Of a stretch of DNA of 64,000 bases, positions 50,998 through 64,000 are shown piece by piece (the stretch's first letter is position 1; every line of letters starts with the position of its first letter). The DNA lies in assembly GCA_964106915.2 (NCBI GenBank), contig OZ066918.1; one strand, 5' to 3'. This DNA is from Podarcis gaigeae. Its lineage: Eukaryota. The notes beneath the pieces were generated by a model. The model saw nothing but the letters and a program-made list of their open reading frames with translations, had not been told where the DNA came from and did not search any database. The position numbers and the translations under genes were made by a program.

Positions 50998-52727
50998 CCT
51001 GGGGAGAAAAGCAAACAGTGCAATGAGGAGGGCACCACGGCGAGAGCTGAATATTTGCATTTTAACTGTCTAATCGGGTGTCTTTCAGGGGACAGGGGAC
51101 CACATGCACGTGCAGCCACTAAGTTCAGGAGTGGGGAACCTGTAATCCTCTAGATATTTCTTAGTTTCAACTTCCATCAGCCCCAGCCAGCATAGCCAAA
51201 TGTCAGGGATGATGGGTGTTGTAGTCCAACAGAATGTGGAGGGTCATCACCTACGCTAGGTCGTAAACAGGCCAAAATGGGGAAGCTGAACTGCAAGTCA
51301 TAACAGCAGCGGGACAAGGGTTGGACGGAAAACTGGGGGAGATCCAGAAGAGGAGGGAATCCTGCAGCAAAACCAGTCAGAGGCTGAGGTCTGGGACATA
51401 GATCCCATCTAAAAGATGGGGGCTGGACTGAGGATGTAGGCAATGCTGCTCCAAAGGATAATGCTGACAAGCAAGGAGAGGAGGAGCAGGAAGGTAGACT
51501 GACAAGCTTCTCCACATGCAGCAAGGCCAAGAAGCCACAGAAAGACTAGAGCCTACTAACACAGAACCTGGACCTGGAAGCATGAATGGGCAGGCAGGAC
51601 AGCACGGCTTCTATAGCCTCTATAGCCTCAGAGAGGGGAAGCCAGTGGTTCACAGCCTAAGAGGATCCCAGCTTGAATCTTGGCATTATGAATTCTTAGC
51701 CTACATTGCACAGGTGCTGGTTGCAGCATCTGCTATGAAGTCAAAAATTCTGACCCTAATCTAGTGGCACACATTTCTGTCTAGCACTCGTGTCAGGACC
51801 CTGCTATTACAATGGTGAATCATCAAGCACTTCACAAGGCAGGCAGAGGTACTATTCAAACACTTCTCTCTCCCAAGATGGAGAGACAAGACCCCAGTGT
51901 GCAATTATCAAGTCTTTGTTAAGCCTCCAGGCCTCAGGAGCTCACAGCCTCAACAAATGATGACTTTTGAAAATTCCACTGTGCATGTTTTGACTCTCAA
52001 AGAACACTTATTTTCATTTTGCGTGTTGCATCTTTTCAAAGCATTAAAGCAGATCATTTTGCCTAAGTTTCAGTTCTAGGTAAGGTGGGGGGAGGAGAAC
52101 AGCAATTCAGTTGAGGCGGGCGGTCTAAAGAGTGTAAAAACCTAAATTTGGCTACTACTGTCTATTGGGATTCATCTGTAATTAATACTTTCCTTTTAGA
52201 AAAGCAAATCTTTTATAACCAACAAAAATTAACCCAATGACCAGATGCAGTGGAAAGCTGGCTATTGACCTAAGTGGTATTTAAACATGAAATCTTTAAA
52301 GTGGAAACATCGTGTCCAAGCACAATCAACAACCTATTTAAGAGGCACCTGTGGGAACTGCAAAAATGGAAACAGTTGAAATAATAATGACTCCGGTATG
52401 TAAGTACCTTTACTGTGAGGCATGGTGTTTCCATCTTGCTGAATACCCATAGGTGTCAGACTTTTAAATAGCAATCCTAATGGACATGGTTTACTGAAAT
52501 TCTTTACGTGGGAAATACACAAGTGAATTTGCTGCCTTTTCCGAAATATGCCTCTTTTTACTGAACAGAAACTTTGCCAATATTTCCAAGATAAAAATGA
52601 GGCCACTGTCACACCCTCAGGCCCAAGGTACACAAAAAGTTTACTAGCATATTAACCATGGTTAGGACTGTAACTGTGAATGTGCAACAAAGCACTGCCT
52701 TCTTGTCCAAATTCCCTCCTCTCTCCT

Positions 52728-52944
52728 GGGGAGCTAACATGGTGTAGTGGTTAAGAGCGGTAGACTCGTAATCTGGTGAACGGGGTTTGCATCCCCGCTC
52801 CTCCACATACAGCTGCTGGGTGACCTTGGGCTAATCACACTTCTCTGAAGTCTCTCAGCCTCATTCACCTCACAGAGTGTTTGTTGTGGGGGAGGAAGGG
52901 AAAGGAGATTGTTAGCCGCTTTGAGACTCCTTTGTTAAAGCAGG

Positions 52945-52990
<46 letters not shown>
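52728..52990 (+). mobile_element. tRNA-head, CORE/MIR-like SINE with L2-type tail and (TAA)n
   Basis: A-box tggtgtagtggtta; B-box-like ggtttgcatccc; CORE-like gggtgaccttgggc..tcacact; tail gttagccgctttgag; (TAA)n run. Confidence 0.8.
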
Positions 52991-52992
<2 letters not shown>

Positions 52993-53004
52993 CAACAACA
53001 ACAA

Positions 53005-53490
53005 CAATTTTTTTATTTATACCCCGCCCTCCCCAGCCAAGGCCGGGCTCAGAGCGGCTTACAAGCAATAATAAAAACAAGTTGAATGATTACAACTTTA
53101 AAACAAAATTAAAATACAACATTAAAATATTTAAACATTAAAATATTAAAATATAGCCTCATCGTAGGAGAAGAAGGAAAGGAAAAAAGAAAGAGAGGGA
53201 TGGAATCAAATTGGCTCCAAGCCAAAGGCCAGGCGGAACAACTCCGTCTTACAGGCCCTGCGGAAAGAAATCAGATCCTGCAGGGCCCTGGTCTCATGAG
53301 GCAGAGAGTTCCACCAGGCCGGAGCCAGAGTTGAAAAGGCCCTGGCTCTGGTTGAAGCCAATCTAACTTCCTTAGGGCCCGGGACACTAGGGTGTTGCTA
53401 TTTATGGACCTTGAGGCTCTCCGTGGAGAGGCGGTCTCGTAGGTACGAGGGTCCTAGGCTGTGAAGGGCTTTAAAGGTCAAAAGCAGCAA
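53005..53490 (-). mobile_element. L2 LINE 3' fragment, tail-to-tail with the SINE
   Basis: tttatttataccccgccc...gggctcagagcggctt 3' tail; gagttccaccaggccggagcc reads as the APAWWNSL motif on the minus strand. Confidence 0.8.
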
Positions 53491-56400
53491 ATATCAAATC
53501 CAAACTCCTCTTCTTCTTCTTCATCACTAACCATAATGAGTATTAGCATCACCAGCATCAAAGTCAACACTGCCTTCATCCCAATTCACAGGCCAGTTTA
53601 CAATATAAAAACACAAAAATACATATCATAATGACGAACATTAACAATACCCCCACAGACAGTTGAAAAGGCCATAGACGTAATTAGCCAAAGGCCCGGT
53701 TTAAGAAGAAGGTTTTTGCCTGGTGATTAAAGATATATAATGAAAGCGTCTAGTGAACCTTCCTGGGAAGAACATTCTACAGATGAGGAACCATTGCAGA
53801 AAAGGCCTGTTCTCCTGTGGCCACCCCTCTGGACCTCTCACAGAGAAAGCACACAATTAAGGGCCTTGGATCGGTGTATTTTGTGTCTGTGACATGCAGA
53901 ACTAAAAGACTATTATCCAGTAGTTAAACAGATTACTTCAATTGCATCTGTCCTGAAAGCCCTGGTGCAAACTAGATGGACCGCTTTAACTATGTTTCCA
54001 CTACTCAACCACCTATGGAGAAAGTCAAGGAAGAGTTATGATCAAGGAAATTACCCGACTAAAATGGAGACATACAGTTGTCTCCCATCATAAAAAGCCT
54101 TGAGAATGAGAGAAATTGTGAGAGCTAAGCGAAGGTACTTCAAGCAAAGGGAAAAGCCACACAATTCCACAAGCTAAATGGACACCTGGCAGAAGAAAAC
54201 AAGTTGCTAGATGAGAGAAAAGAGGAGGCGAAAGTGAAAAAACACAGCTGCTCACAGCTCTCAAATTGTTCATGTTTCCATCTGGAACATGAAACGTCCC
54301 CTTTATTCACCAAATGTCTCCTTCATTCTGTCCCCTCAAACCTCAATGTTTGCTCCTAACATTTGTGTTTGAAGGGACTGCAAAGCACTGGAGGGGACCT
54401 ACATTGTTGAACTCCCATCAGCCCCAGCCAGCATGGCCAACGGCCAGGGATGAGCAAGATTTGGAGGGTCACGGGTTCCCCATTCCTGCAGCAGAGCCTT
54501 GGAGATCAAGCTCTTGTGTTCAATGAAACCTATGCCAGATGAATTTTAATTATGATATGAAGGAAACAGAATTTAAAAGGCTCCACCGTTTTGCGATGGA
54601 GATTTTATTTTTTTTAAGGCAAGCGTCTTAATCAGACAGTGAGCTGAGTCAGTAGCATGCTATTTTTAAAATCAGTTTTATGCACAAAATTTTATTCACA
54701 TGCAGCATTTTTCAGTAGGCTTCTGTCTTTCTCCAATTTGTTCATTCTTCATCATAGCCCTGACAATATATTATGCACTCTTGGCCTCTTTAGCACAGCT
54801 ACTTGGCAGGCAGATCTGCACTTTATAAGATTACTTTTTAAGACTTACAATAATACCAAAGCCCCTATTGCCTTTGAAGTCAACACTGGCAAGCTAAGTT
54901 AACACAAGACCATTGCCCACGCATGCTTTTTATCTGACAACTGCAGACTCAATTTCCCTTCTTTAAAAATATGCTTGTAATATGCTTGTATACGCTTGTG
55001 CTCATGCATGTACAAGGGAGTAATAAGGTAAGCATTGCTGACAATTGTCCAAAATGTTCATAGTACATAAAGTCTGGGGAGTGTTAGCAGTCTTCCCCAA
55101 ACTGGTGCTCTCCAGATTTCTTTTCAAACTACTCCCTTCATCCCTCACCACTGGCTACCACTGGGTCACAGTGCTAGAAACTCAGATATATAAGCTAGGC
55201 GCCATAGGGCTCATTAAACCAGGGTTACGGTTGCCAAAATGGAATGTCTAGTTGCCATTTTCAGGCCAGAGAGCTCGAAAGTCGTATTTTTCAGTGTGAC
55301 TTTTGGGTGCCTGAAATTCATTCTGATTGGGCAGATAAAATATAACAGAAAGAATTCTAAAGGTTGTGTCGCTAGTGTGTGAAAACAGTCAAGATCCAAG
55401 GATCCCTAGACACGCACCTCCAGATGATGAAGATATCACACGCCATCCTGGGACCTGAGCATCTTCACTTGGTCGCAAGTGGCCAATAGCTAAGTGCAAA
55501 ATGTGCTTGGTGCCTGGCAAATTTTGAATGCTTATGGGTCACAAGATGTAGCCATCTCGCCAAAGCTATGGGGGATCTGGGTCTAGTCAGCGCCTGGATG
55601 GGAAATGGCACAGGAATTCTATGTATGCCACCTTGAATTCCATGTTGGAAGAAAAGAGGGATGCAAATGTCCTAAATACAGCAATAAAAAATCTTGCCAA
55701 TCTGCTTAGCCAGGGTGAAAAAGCAGAAGCAGGCTGCAGGATTGCTTGATCCTTCTCCTTTGGCAGAACTCATTTACTCTTGCAGAGTCTGACCATGCTT
55801 AGAGCTGGGTTCTCTCTTAAGCTAGCATCTGAAACCAACCAAGGTGTTAGATCATCGGATAAGCAGAACTCTGCTTAATTAACTACAGTTCACACCGATG
55901 TCATGTAACAGCTAGTCAGTAATGGCCTAAAGGGGGAATTTGCACTCCAGATGATGTAAGGAAGGAGCATGTTATCTTGCAGCCAGCAGCCAATTACCGG
56001 TACTTGACCATGATTAAGCAATTGGGCAGCCTTACATCTGAACTAGCCCAGGCAGTTTATTGCCAGAGATACACATACACACATACCCTAGGAAGTCATA
56101 ACAAACACCCACCACAAGTAAAATTATCTTAAGTAGACCATGAAAAAACCGAACAAGCTTAGCGCAAGTGATCTTCCCCATGCAGGAAAGAAAGAACACA
56201 GCAGCAGAAAGGGCTAACTGTGGGGAAAGCCAAGAATTTTTGAATGGAACAGCCCCCAGAGATGCTACGTTAGGCCCATTACTAAACTAGGTCCTTTGAA
56301 TCGAAAAATGCAAGAGCCCCTGAGCAGCAGCTGGTGCGTTGTTTTCTAAAGAGGCAAAGCTCGTCCCTGCCCATTGAGAAGCTGTTGCATTCTTTTCTAG

Positions 56401-58166
56401 CAAGGCTCATGCCCCTGCACTGCAGTTTTTGCAGGCAGCCTTGTTTGGTCAGCATCGGAGATCAGAATCGAAAAACGCATTACAGCGGAGCAAATCAAAG
56501 CAGTTTTTCTGAAGGGAGGGAAAGTCAGGTACAAAATAAAGGGGGACAGCATTTTCGTCTTCAGCAGCCTCCTCAAACCTGGTGTGTACAGAAAGGATGT
56601 AACTTTTGCATGGGGCTTAATTCTTGAAGAAGTGGAGACACAGGGCTCAGGTCATACCTGCTGACCAACTGGGAGGGGGCATCTTTCTCTGGGACCATTG
56701 AAGCAAGGTATACCTACAGAAACCCTATAAAGTAGATAACGCAGAAATGGAATGTCAACCAGTGAGTTTAGTGTCTGAATGAGGACCTGAACTCATGTCT
56801 CTCCAGTCCAAGCACAACACTCCATTTATTTACTGTTATTCAATTTTTTATATCCCTTCTTTCTAATGTGTTTGTATTAGTGTAACTTATAAGCATCAAA
56901 ATGCTAAAATCCAAAGCACACACAAACACAGTATAACAACCAAACCACATTAAAACCAAGCTTAGCAAATTAAAAGACCTGAACAAGGTTCACCACATAA
57001 AACTGACCAGCATGCCAAAAGCATCTGACCAGCATGCCAAAAGCTGGTTGACCAAGAATATTTCCAGTGGGAAGTGGTGAGGAAAAAGTTAACAGTGGAA
57101 AGTGGTGAGGAAAAAGTTAAGTATCCTCTAAACTGTACATTTCTAAGTACTAGGAACACAGCAGTGATGGTGGATAGTAGCAGAGAGAAACCAACAAGGC
57201 TGGTTAAGAATCAATATAAAGAGCTAATTTTAAAAAGTCAAGGAATACTTGTGCTCTCCAAGCAGTATTTAGCCTCAGTGTATAAACTGGCTGAGATCAA
57301 TAGTCAACTTCTAGGCAGCTCAAAACAGGTCAAGAGAGGCATGCCCCTCGTTCTTTCTTCCACCTGTGCTTCATCCCTGCTTAGATTTGGGGATTTGCAG
57401 AGCAGGGAGAAGAAGTTAGTTTTAGTCAGAATAACTGGGCTAAAAAATCCAGGTTTTGAAGAACAGAAACAAAAATTAAAATCAAACTTGTCCTCTTCCA
57501 GGGTTTCAAGAAATGGTAGCATTTGAATGGCTTCTGCATGTAAAAGAAAGAGCAGGTGGTTTAGAGAAGGCTCTAAGCATGCAAGCCTACATGCAGTGGG
57601 GGACAGAATCACATTCCACACACCTGCTTCCTTGCCCCATCTCTGGACCCACTAGATGTCCAGTGCATTTGATAAAATATTTGCATAGGACCTATGCAAC
57701 AGAATTGTTCCTTGGGAATTATTTTCATTAATGACCACATAATCCAGTATCTTAACAATTTCATTCACCACTGTTGTCCTGGCGAGTGCCACAAGTCCAG
57801 ATCCACCTCCACAGCCTGGAGCTGCAAGTGGGAGGATGACCACAGCACCTCTCCCAAATGTTTTTGAATTAAGTGTGTGACTTGGCTATGTGGTCCATCA
57901 CTCTGTTCTGGCTCCAGGGGGTGGGATGTAACAGAGATGCCTTGGTACCATACTCCCTAGGTGCCCCAAGTAGCCAACAAACACAAAGCCAAGGCAAACC
58001 CAGTTTTCCCTTCCTGCTTCTGAAGGAAGGTGGCAGCAGGGAAATGTCACTGACATCACACCGTGTTTCACAGGTGCACCGTCAAGGAGAACATGTCCAC
58101 TGCTTAGTGGTCCACAAAGTTTGGCTTGCTCTTCACTTTTAATTTCACTCTTAATCACTCCTGATA

Positions 58167-58230
58167 ATACTATACTATACTATACTATACTATACTATAC
58201 TATACTATACTATACTATACTATACTATAC
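58167..58230. repeat. (ATACT)n pentanucleotide microsatellite
   Basis: About 12-13 perfect units read directly. Confidence 0.95.
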
Positions 58231-58978
58231 ACATGGATATTCACGTTACAAAATATAGGTGGCTATTGTGGAGTTTTGGGGAAAGACATATAGAGAGGAA
58301 TGAACTTGCTCAGTGTCCCACAAAAAGCTCAATAATTTTTGTCCTGGTATTGCACTGCACCAACAGTCCATCTAGCCCAGTATTATCAGGCACAGGTTTT
58401 CCCCATTCCTACTTCCAGGGATCTCAACACTACATCTCTCTTTTCATCTATTCAAAATTCAGAATAGCATTGCCCGCTAGGTTTAATAAAGCATTAAATA
58501 TTCTCCTCAGTTTAAAGCTCAGATCAGATCAGAGAAGATGATCACTGTACGATAGGTGCCCCCAAGGGAGCTAATCAGCAATACTAGATGCTGTGTGCAA
58601 TATACACTTTCGGAAAACTACATTCTCATCTCAGTTAGAATTCACAAGTGAATTCGTGTCAGCAGGGAGAAAAAGCAAAATGTATGCAAGGCTGTTAAAA
58701 AGAATGTTAACGCCATTAAAAAACAACAACCCAAATACTGCATTTAACAAAATGTTCTGTGTTTCTCGCCCATTTTAATTGCTTTGCAGCCATACGCAAG
58801 TTTCCTTCTGAAATGCAAGCTTACAAAGTTTCTAGCCCTCACAGCTAGGGAAAACTGGGCAAGCGGGACGGCGGTCTGAAAAAGTAATCAGAGGATAAGA
58901 AGAAGATCTATACGGCATAGTATAAGTTCCAGTCAGGTCTCTTCATTAGACCTCACATGCACTTTTGAGGCCTTAGGC

Positions 58979-59182
58979 CAGAGCTTTCTAAACCTTTCAT
59001 TTTGGTGACACTTTTTAGACATGCATCATGTTGCAACACAGTAATTCAGCTTAACTAGCAAACCGGAGGTTAAACTAACCCCTTTCCAGCCCTGGGAGGA
59101 GTGTGGTGATCATCCGTGTGACACATTTACACGCTGCAGCTGGCACACTAACAGGTGGTGACAGACAGTTTGGAAAGCTCTG
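58979..59182. mobile_element. hAT MITE
   Basis: TIRs CAGAGCTTTCTAAAC / GTTTGGAAAGCTCTG; degenerate 8-bp TSD ccttaggc / ccttgtgc. Confidence 0.8.
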
Positions 59183-62100
59183 CCTTGTGCACTTCCAGAC
59201 TGTTATTTTGTGGGCAGAATTTAGCTGCATACCAGCAAATTCAAGCTGTGCATTTAAAGTGCATTCGATGATCTTGCCCAAGAAACTTGCTTCCAAAAAC
59301 AGCCTCTGGACTTTTTGAGATAAGGAAAGTGATGGGAAAATGTGCTGGAAACTGTGGGGTAACAATGCAATGTCTTTAAACTTCTCCGCAAATCAGGATG
59401 AACCCTCAATAAGCAGGAATTTCTGGAAGTGACCTTCATACGGTAGGATATGCACAATTTATTTTATTGTGAGTGCTGAAAATAGTGTGTTTGTGTCTTC
59501 CCAGGTTTCTGGTTCTAACCTTGTGTAGAGGTTCTAACCTCTACCTATTTCTGCCAGGCAAAATAGCCTCTTCCCAAACATGACAAGGGTGAAGTAGCTG
59601 AAAAAGAGCACAACTTTGCGGATTATCCTGCGCTGCTCTTATGCCAGTTGCACTAGCATTCTGCCTGCTAGAAAAACACAACTCCACCAACTCCAAAGCA
59701 AATGGGGTAGGATCAGGGTAGGAAAATCCATGGTTGTTTTAGCTTTCATAGCTGACCGAGATGGCACAAAGCTGGAGTAGCTGCAAATGAGACAACATGA
59801 CTCTCAAACAAAGGAAAGAGAATCTGTGACCCAACTGAAGACAGGTGATCATGCACAGGTGCTTAGCCTTTTGATTTATGGTGGAGTATTTTCAAAGAAA
59901 AGGCAGGGGAGGGGGGGAAGCAGGATAACAGGCAAGGAAAGCAAACAACACAGCATCTGCTGTATCCTGTTCAACCACCACAGCGGTCAAGCCTTTCAAG
60001 ATTTACATGTGGTGTTTCCGTGAAGCAATCCAAGTTTTAATATCTTTTTCAGTATTGGTCAGTTTCAAGTGGAGCAAGTCAAACCTGCACCCAAACTCCA
60101 TTGTGCAGGTACCACAAATGAGAATTAACTGCACATTCACATGAAATGGGGCAGCAGCATAGAGGCGCTGATATAATGTATTTGTAGAAGGCAGCAGCAA
60201 CAACAGAAACCAACTGCAGGAGAGCTAATTTAGCTATGATGTGGACACCCAACCCTTGCAATTCACAGATCTCAACCTTCAGCACAGCAATTCATGTGTC
60301 TGAGTGGGCAGCAGTGGGCAAGACAGATTGTCGCTGCTGGTTAAGTTGCCCAGAGCTGTCTTTCCCAGGATCGCTTCACTGCCGCCTTCACTCACCTTGA
60401 CATTTTTTTTCAGCATCACTAGGTAAAAGATTGCCCACAGTGCTTGCATTATTAATCTGAATTACATTTCTGAAGATGATGAAATTTTGTACCAGCATAA
60501 TTTCTTTGATGGTGCTCAAGCTAATATTTCATCACACTAATTCCAAATAAGGGGGAAAGCCTGAAAGCCATCACTCCATCTAAGTCACTGCCTGATCCCC
60601 ATCAGAAACCCACGCCGCTACCATCCCACAACTAATCCCCCCCCAGCTATTATATGCATAGCCTTGCCTCCTGTCATCAGCCTCTGCCCCAGGCATGAGA
60701 TCTAAAATGACAGATGCCAAGATTTTATTCATCCTTTCACCTAGGACAACTTATTATCTCCTTGGGTCCAGCAGATTCTGCTGTGGCCTTGAGGGGACAC
60801 CTTTCCTAGAGAACACCTGCTCTGAAAACCTACAGCTCCAAATGCATAATGCAATTAAACCTAAATTATATAAGAAGACAAACAGGCTCAATATCCCTAG
60901 TGCTATTTTCATCTTTCTCAGTAAAGCACTGCATCAGTCAGCCAACAAAACTCGGATTGATTGACATAAGTGAGAACACAAGTATGCTATCCACTTTTTT
61001 TGGCTAAAACATATTAAGGATCAGGTTATCTAAACTCAACTCACATGGATGTAGCACCAATTAGAAAGGCAAGACCTTCAAGGCACTATGTAATTAACAT
61101 TGCTGATAACCATTCAAATCAAAGTAGTATGCAGCTACTTCTTACAATGCCCACCTGAAATTTATTAGCTGTAATTAGGGATGCTAGAGGATTCTGACGA
61201 AAACACAAACAGAAGTGAAAATTGCTGGCATTTGCTAATTCATCCTATGCCTGAAATGGAAATTGATCAAGCAAATACCAAATGGAAATTGCTGCTGTTG
61301 TTTTCAGTCCACAAACAATATGTAATTCATGACTCCCCTGTTTCCAATTGAATCATGTTTCCTTTGCATTGAAAAGAATGCTACGGAAACAATTGCATCA
61401 TTAATTGCATTAAATTTGTAACTTACATAAATGACATAAATAATAACAAAGTACATTAAATAGAGGACAGTGAGACAAAAAAGGTAGCATTTGGGGGGAA
61501 ACAAACTGCAGTAGAACAGAAACAGCACTGATTGTGACAAAGGCCAGTCGGATTGGAAACTGTTGCATTCTTACACCCACAGCTTATTTCCCACAGTCCA
61601 CCACTCTATTTAAAACACAGTCACAGAGACCATTACTGCCAATAAGCTTGCAGCCACATTGGCGTACTCTAAGTTAAGTCCATCATTGCCTACTCAAACA
61701 GTCCACTCTTCAAATGCTCCCCAATATTGGGGGGGGGGGGTAATAAATGTTGGCTGATCTGGCCAGGTTGCTAGGGACTACAACTAGACAATGCATGTGA
61801 ACTGAACACTTGAAAGCACTCTACAAAGTCTAAGTAGCATTGCATTATTATGATGATTAAGATTAATCACGGGGCTAAATCCAACTCTCAGTAAAAATAA
61901 AAATGCATTTCCATGTACCTGCCTTACAGCTCAACCTTCTTTTTCCATGTTAAAGAACAGAGAAGCAGAAGAAGAGTAAATGTGTTCCATGTTTAAAAAC
62001 AAGACTGAGTTCCACAACTGCTTCAGTATTTACCAGAATTACTGTTAATCAGGATAAGACAATGGGCCAAGTCTTCACAGCAAGCCCCAACTCTGTTCAC

Positions 62101-64000
62101 TGCCTCAGAACCCTGTTGAACTCAAGTGCCATTTCCATGCAGCACTTTAAGCTGAGGTTGTTCATCCTTGCTGGAGGTGCAATTCAAGCATACAACAGTT
62201 TTCCAGCATAGCTAAAATCACTTCCAAATTAAACAGCCTAATCTCATACACATTTCTACTGAGAAGCAGAGTCCTACTGAGTTTTATGGGACTTACTCCC
62301 AAGTTTAGGGGCTACAGGATAGCAGCCTAAACCTCAATTTCTTTCATTTTGCAGGGCCAGGCATAAGACAGGATTAGTTTTGTATTATACCTTGTGATCC
62401 TTTGCTTCTGTGAGAAAAGCTAAGTCAACAAGAGATGTCTGCCTTACCACTAACTTTTTTTATTTATTTAAGGAGTGTAATTCATTATGTTTACTAAATA
62501 GCAACCCTGCAAATTCTACTATTGAAGGAGCTAATTTACTATTAAACAGAGCCATGTGGCACCAAGACAATTAGCATGACTATAGAGTGGCAAGCTATAT
62601 TAAAGACAAAACAGTAAAGAATATCTGAATAAACCTTTGCATATGCTTTCTTCCATAAGTAACAGGTGTTTTATTATTTCTAATTAAACCTTTTACGCTT
62701 ATACGATTTTTAAAATGATGAATTTTTACACATGACTCATTCTTCTCATCCAAACAGCTAAGCACTTATTTATAATTTCTTGAAGACAAACCCAGCCAAC
62801 ATGATGAAAATCAAATTATCGATCAAGAAAAAAAGTAATTAATGTACAAAATCTATATCCCATTTTCTGACTAAGCCTCGCAAATAATGGATTCAAGCTC
62901 ACTCAGTAAATCTTCTTATTCACAAAGTAATTTTCAACCCAGAGGAAGCAAGGTTTCCTCTGCAATCCTAAGCACAGACCAAAAAGCAGGCAATGTCCAA
63001 TGATCTCTACCTCTGTAAAATGGTGCAGAATTGAATTGGAAGCTGGAATCGTGCAAAAACAAACAAAAACCTTCATTAGCAATGTAACCACTTCAGACAC
63101 TCTTGCGAACAATGGGTATGCTGTTAAGAGTTAAATACAGATCAAAGAAGCAGAATTTATGTCTTTAAATTGCAGTCTTGAGTAGGCTTGAAAAGTTGCT
63201 GTAGCTAGCAAGTGCTATGAGTGTATGTCTGAGGAAAATTGAGCGAGTCGGAAAGAAAGAGAAGAGGAAAAATGAAAGACGTTTAATATACCATTGATTT
63301 CATGAAGAGTGAATGTATTGATGGTGCTGTGAATAGATGTGTGTCGATCTGAACTTTTTCTATGATTTATTACTGTAGGTCATGGCATGAGTAAAAAGGT
63401 TGGAATAACTTAATATGACAAGAGAACCTTCGTTATGAACTTTATTGACCCTGGCACTACCAGTCTGACCTCAAGATGTGTCCTGGAAGTCATTCAGAAG
63501 ACAATTATCATATGTAAAGATCATCATATGTAAACCTAGCTCCCATTAAAATCTACTTAACATCTGAATGGATGTCATTATTCTTATTTTTATTTATTAA
63601 ATTTATATACCACCCTTTATCTGCAGATCACAAGAAAATGTCAGGACCCAATGGCATTCTGGGTAAATTAGGAGAGTAACTACCACTGCTGTATTTCTCT
63701 TACTAATGGCAGCAATATTTTCTTTAATCAAAACAAAACAGCTCCAGCAGGCCTCCTGTGTTTCTGCATGCCAGATAATGGGCAATCTAGAAAAGCATGC
63801 CTTCATGAGGCTTACATTTGCTTGGCACATGAAGGAGACTGAGGTGATAGTCTCCTAGACCATACTACTGCAGACTGCAGGTGGGGGTGAATGATTTCTG
63901 AAAGTGCTTCATATGCAACCATTTCCCTGCAAGGAGCAGCTCAGAACCTGCCTGGCCCACTTCCTTCTCTGTTAGTTCTTCATTTTTAGCAATGTGATGT

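Noticed and set aside
50999-51060. Upstream ATG extension of the exon 2 ORF (MQIFSSRRGALLIALFAFLPR)
   Set aside because: It is read-through of the intron 1 branch and pyrimidine tract; the real exon starts at 50998 after ccccag.
57074-57621. 150-aa (+) and 105-aa (-) ORFs in intron 1
   Set aside because: No recognisable homology, domain or consistent splice context.
63290-63355. Possible C/D-box snoRNA (ATGAAGA...CTGA)
   Set aside because: Non-consensus C box, no convincing terminal stem, and antisense to the host transcript.

Overview
Vertebrate nuclear DNA from a squamate reptile. The repeat content (BovB/RTE, L2, CR1, Squam-type SINEs, hAT and Mariner MITEs) fits a lacertid lizard; this is inference. 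The whole window lies inside the minus-strand MICU1 gene (mitochondrial calcium uptake 1, gatekeeper of the MCU uniporter), running from intron 1 to intron 6. Coding exons 2-6 map with canonical GT-AG sites and compatible phases: 50837-50997, 34052-34238, 28205-28367, 21351-21394 and 5508-5622. Exon 1 and the EF-hand exons (7 onward) were not found in the window. Intron 5 is the most interesting region. It contains an in-frame 93-codon candidate alternative terminal exon (giving an EF-hand-less MICU1), a 12-nt DFWQ microexon (MICU1.1 orthologue) preceded by two extra AG|GT acceptor sites, and a 6-nt TE microexon followed by a perfect RNA hairpin. Inverted BovB and L2 copies flank the exon 4-6 block. 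Most ORFs in the supplied track are spurious or derive from retroelements.
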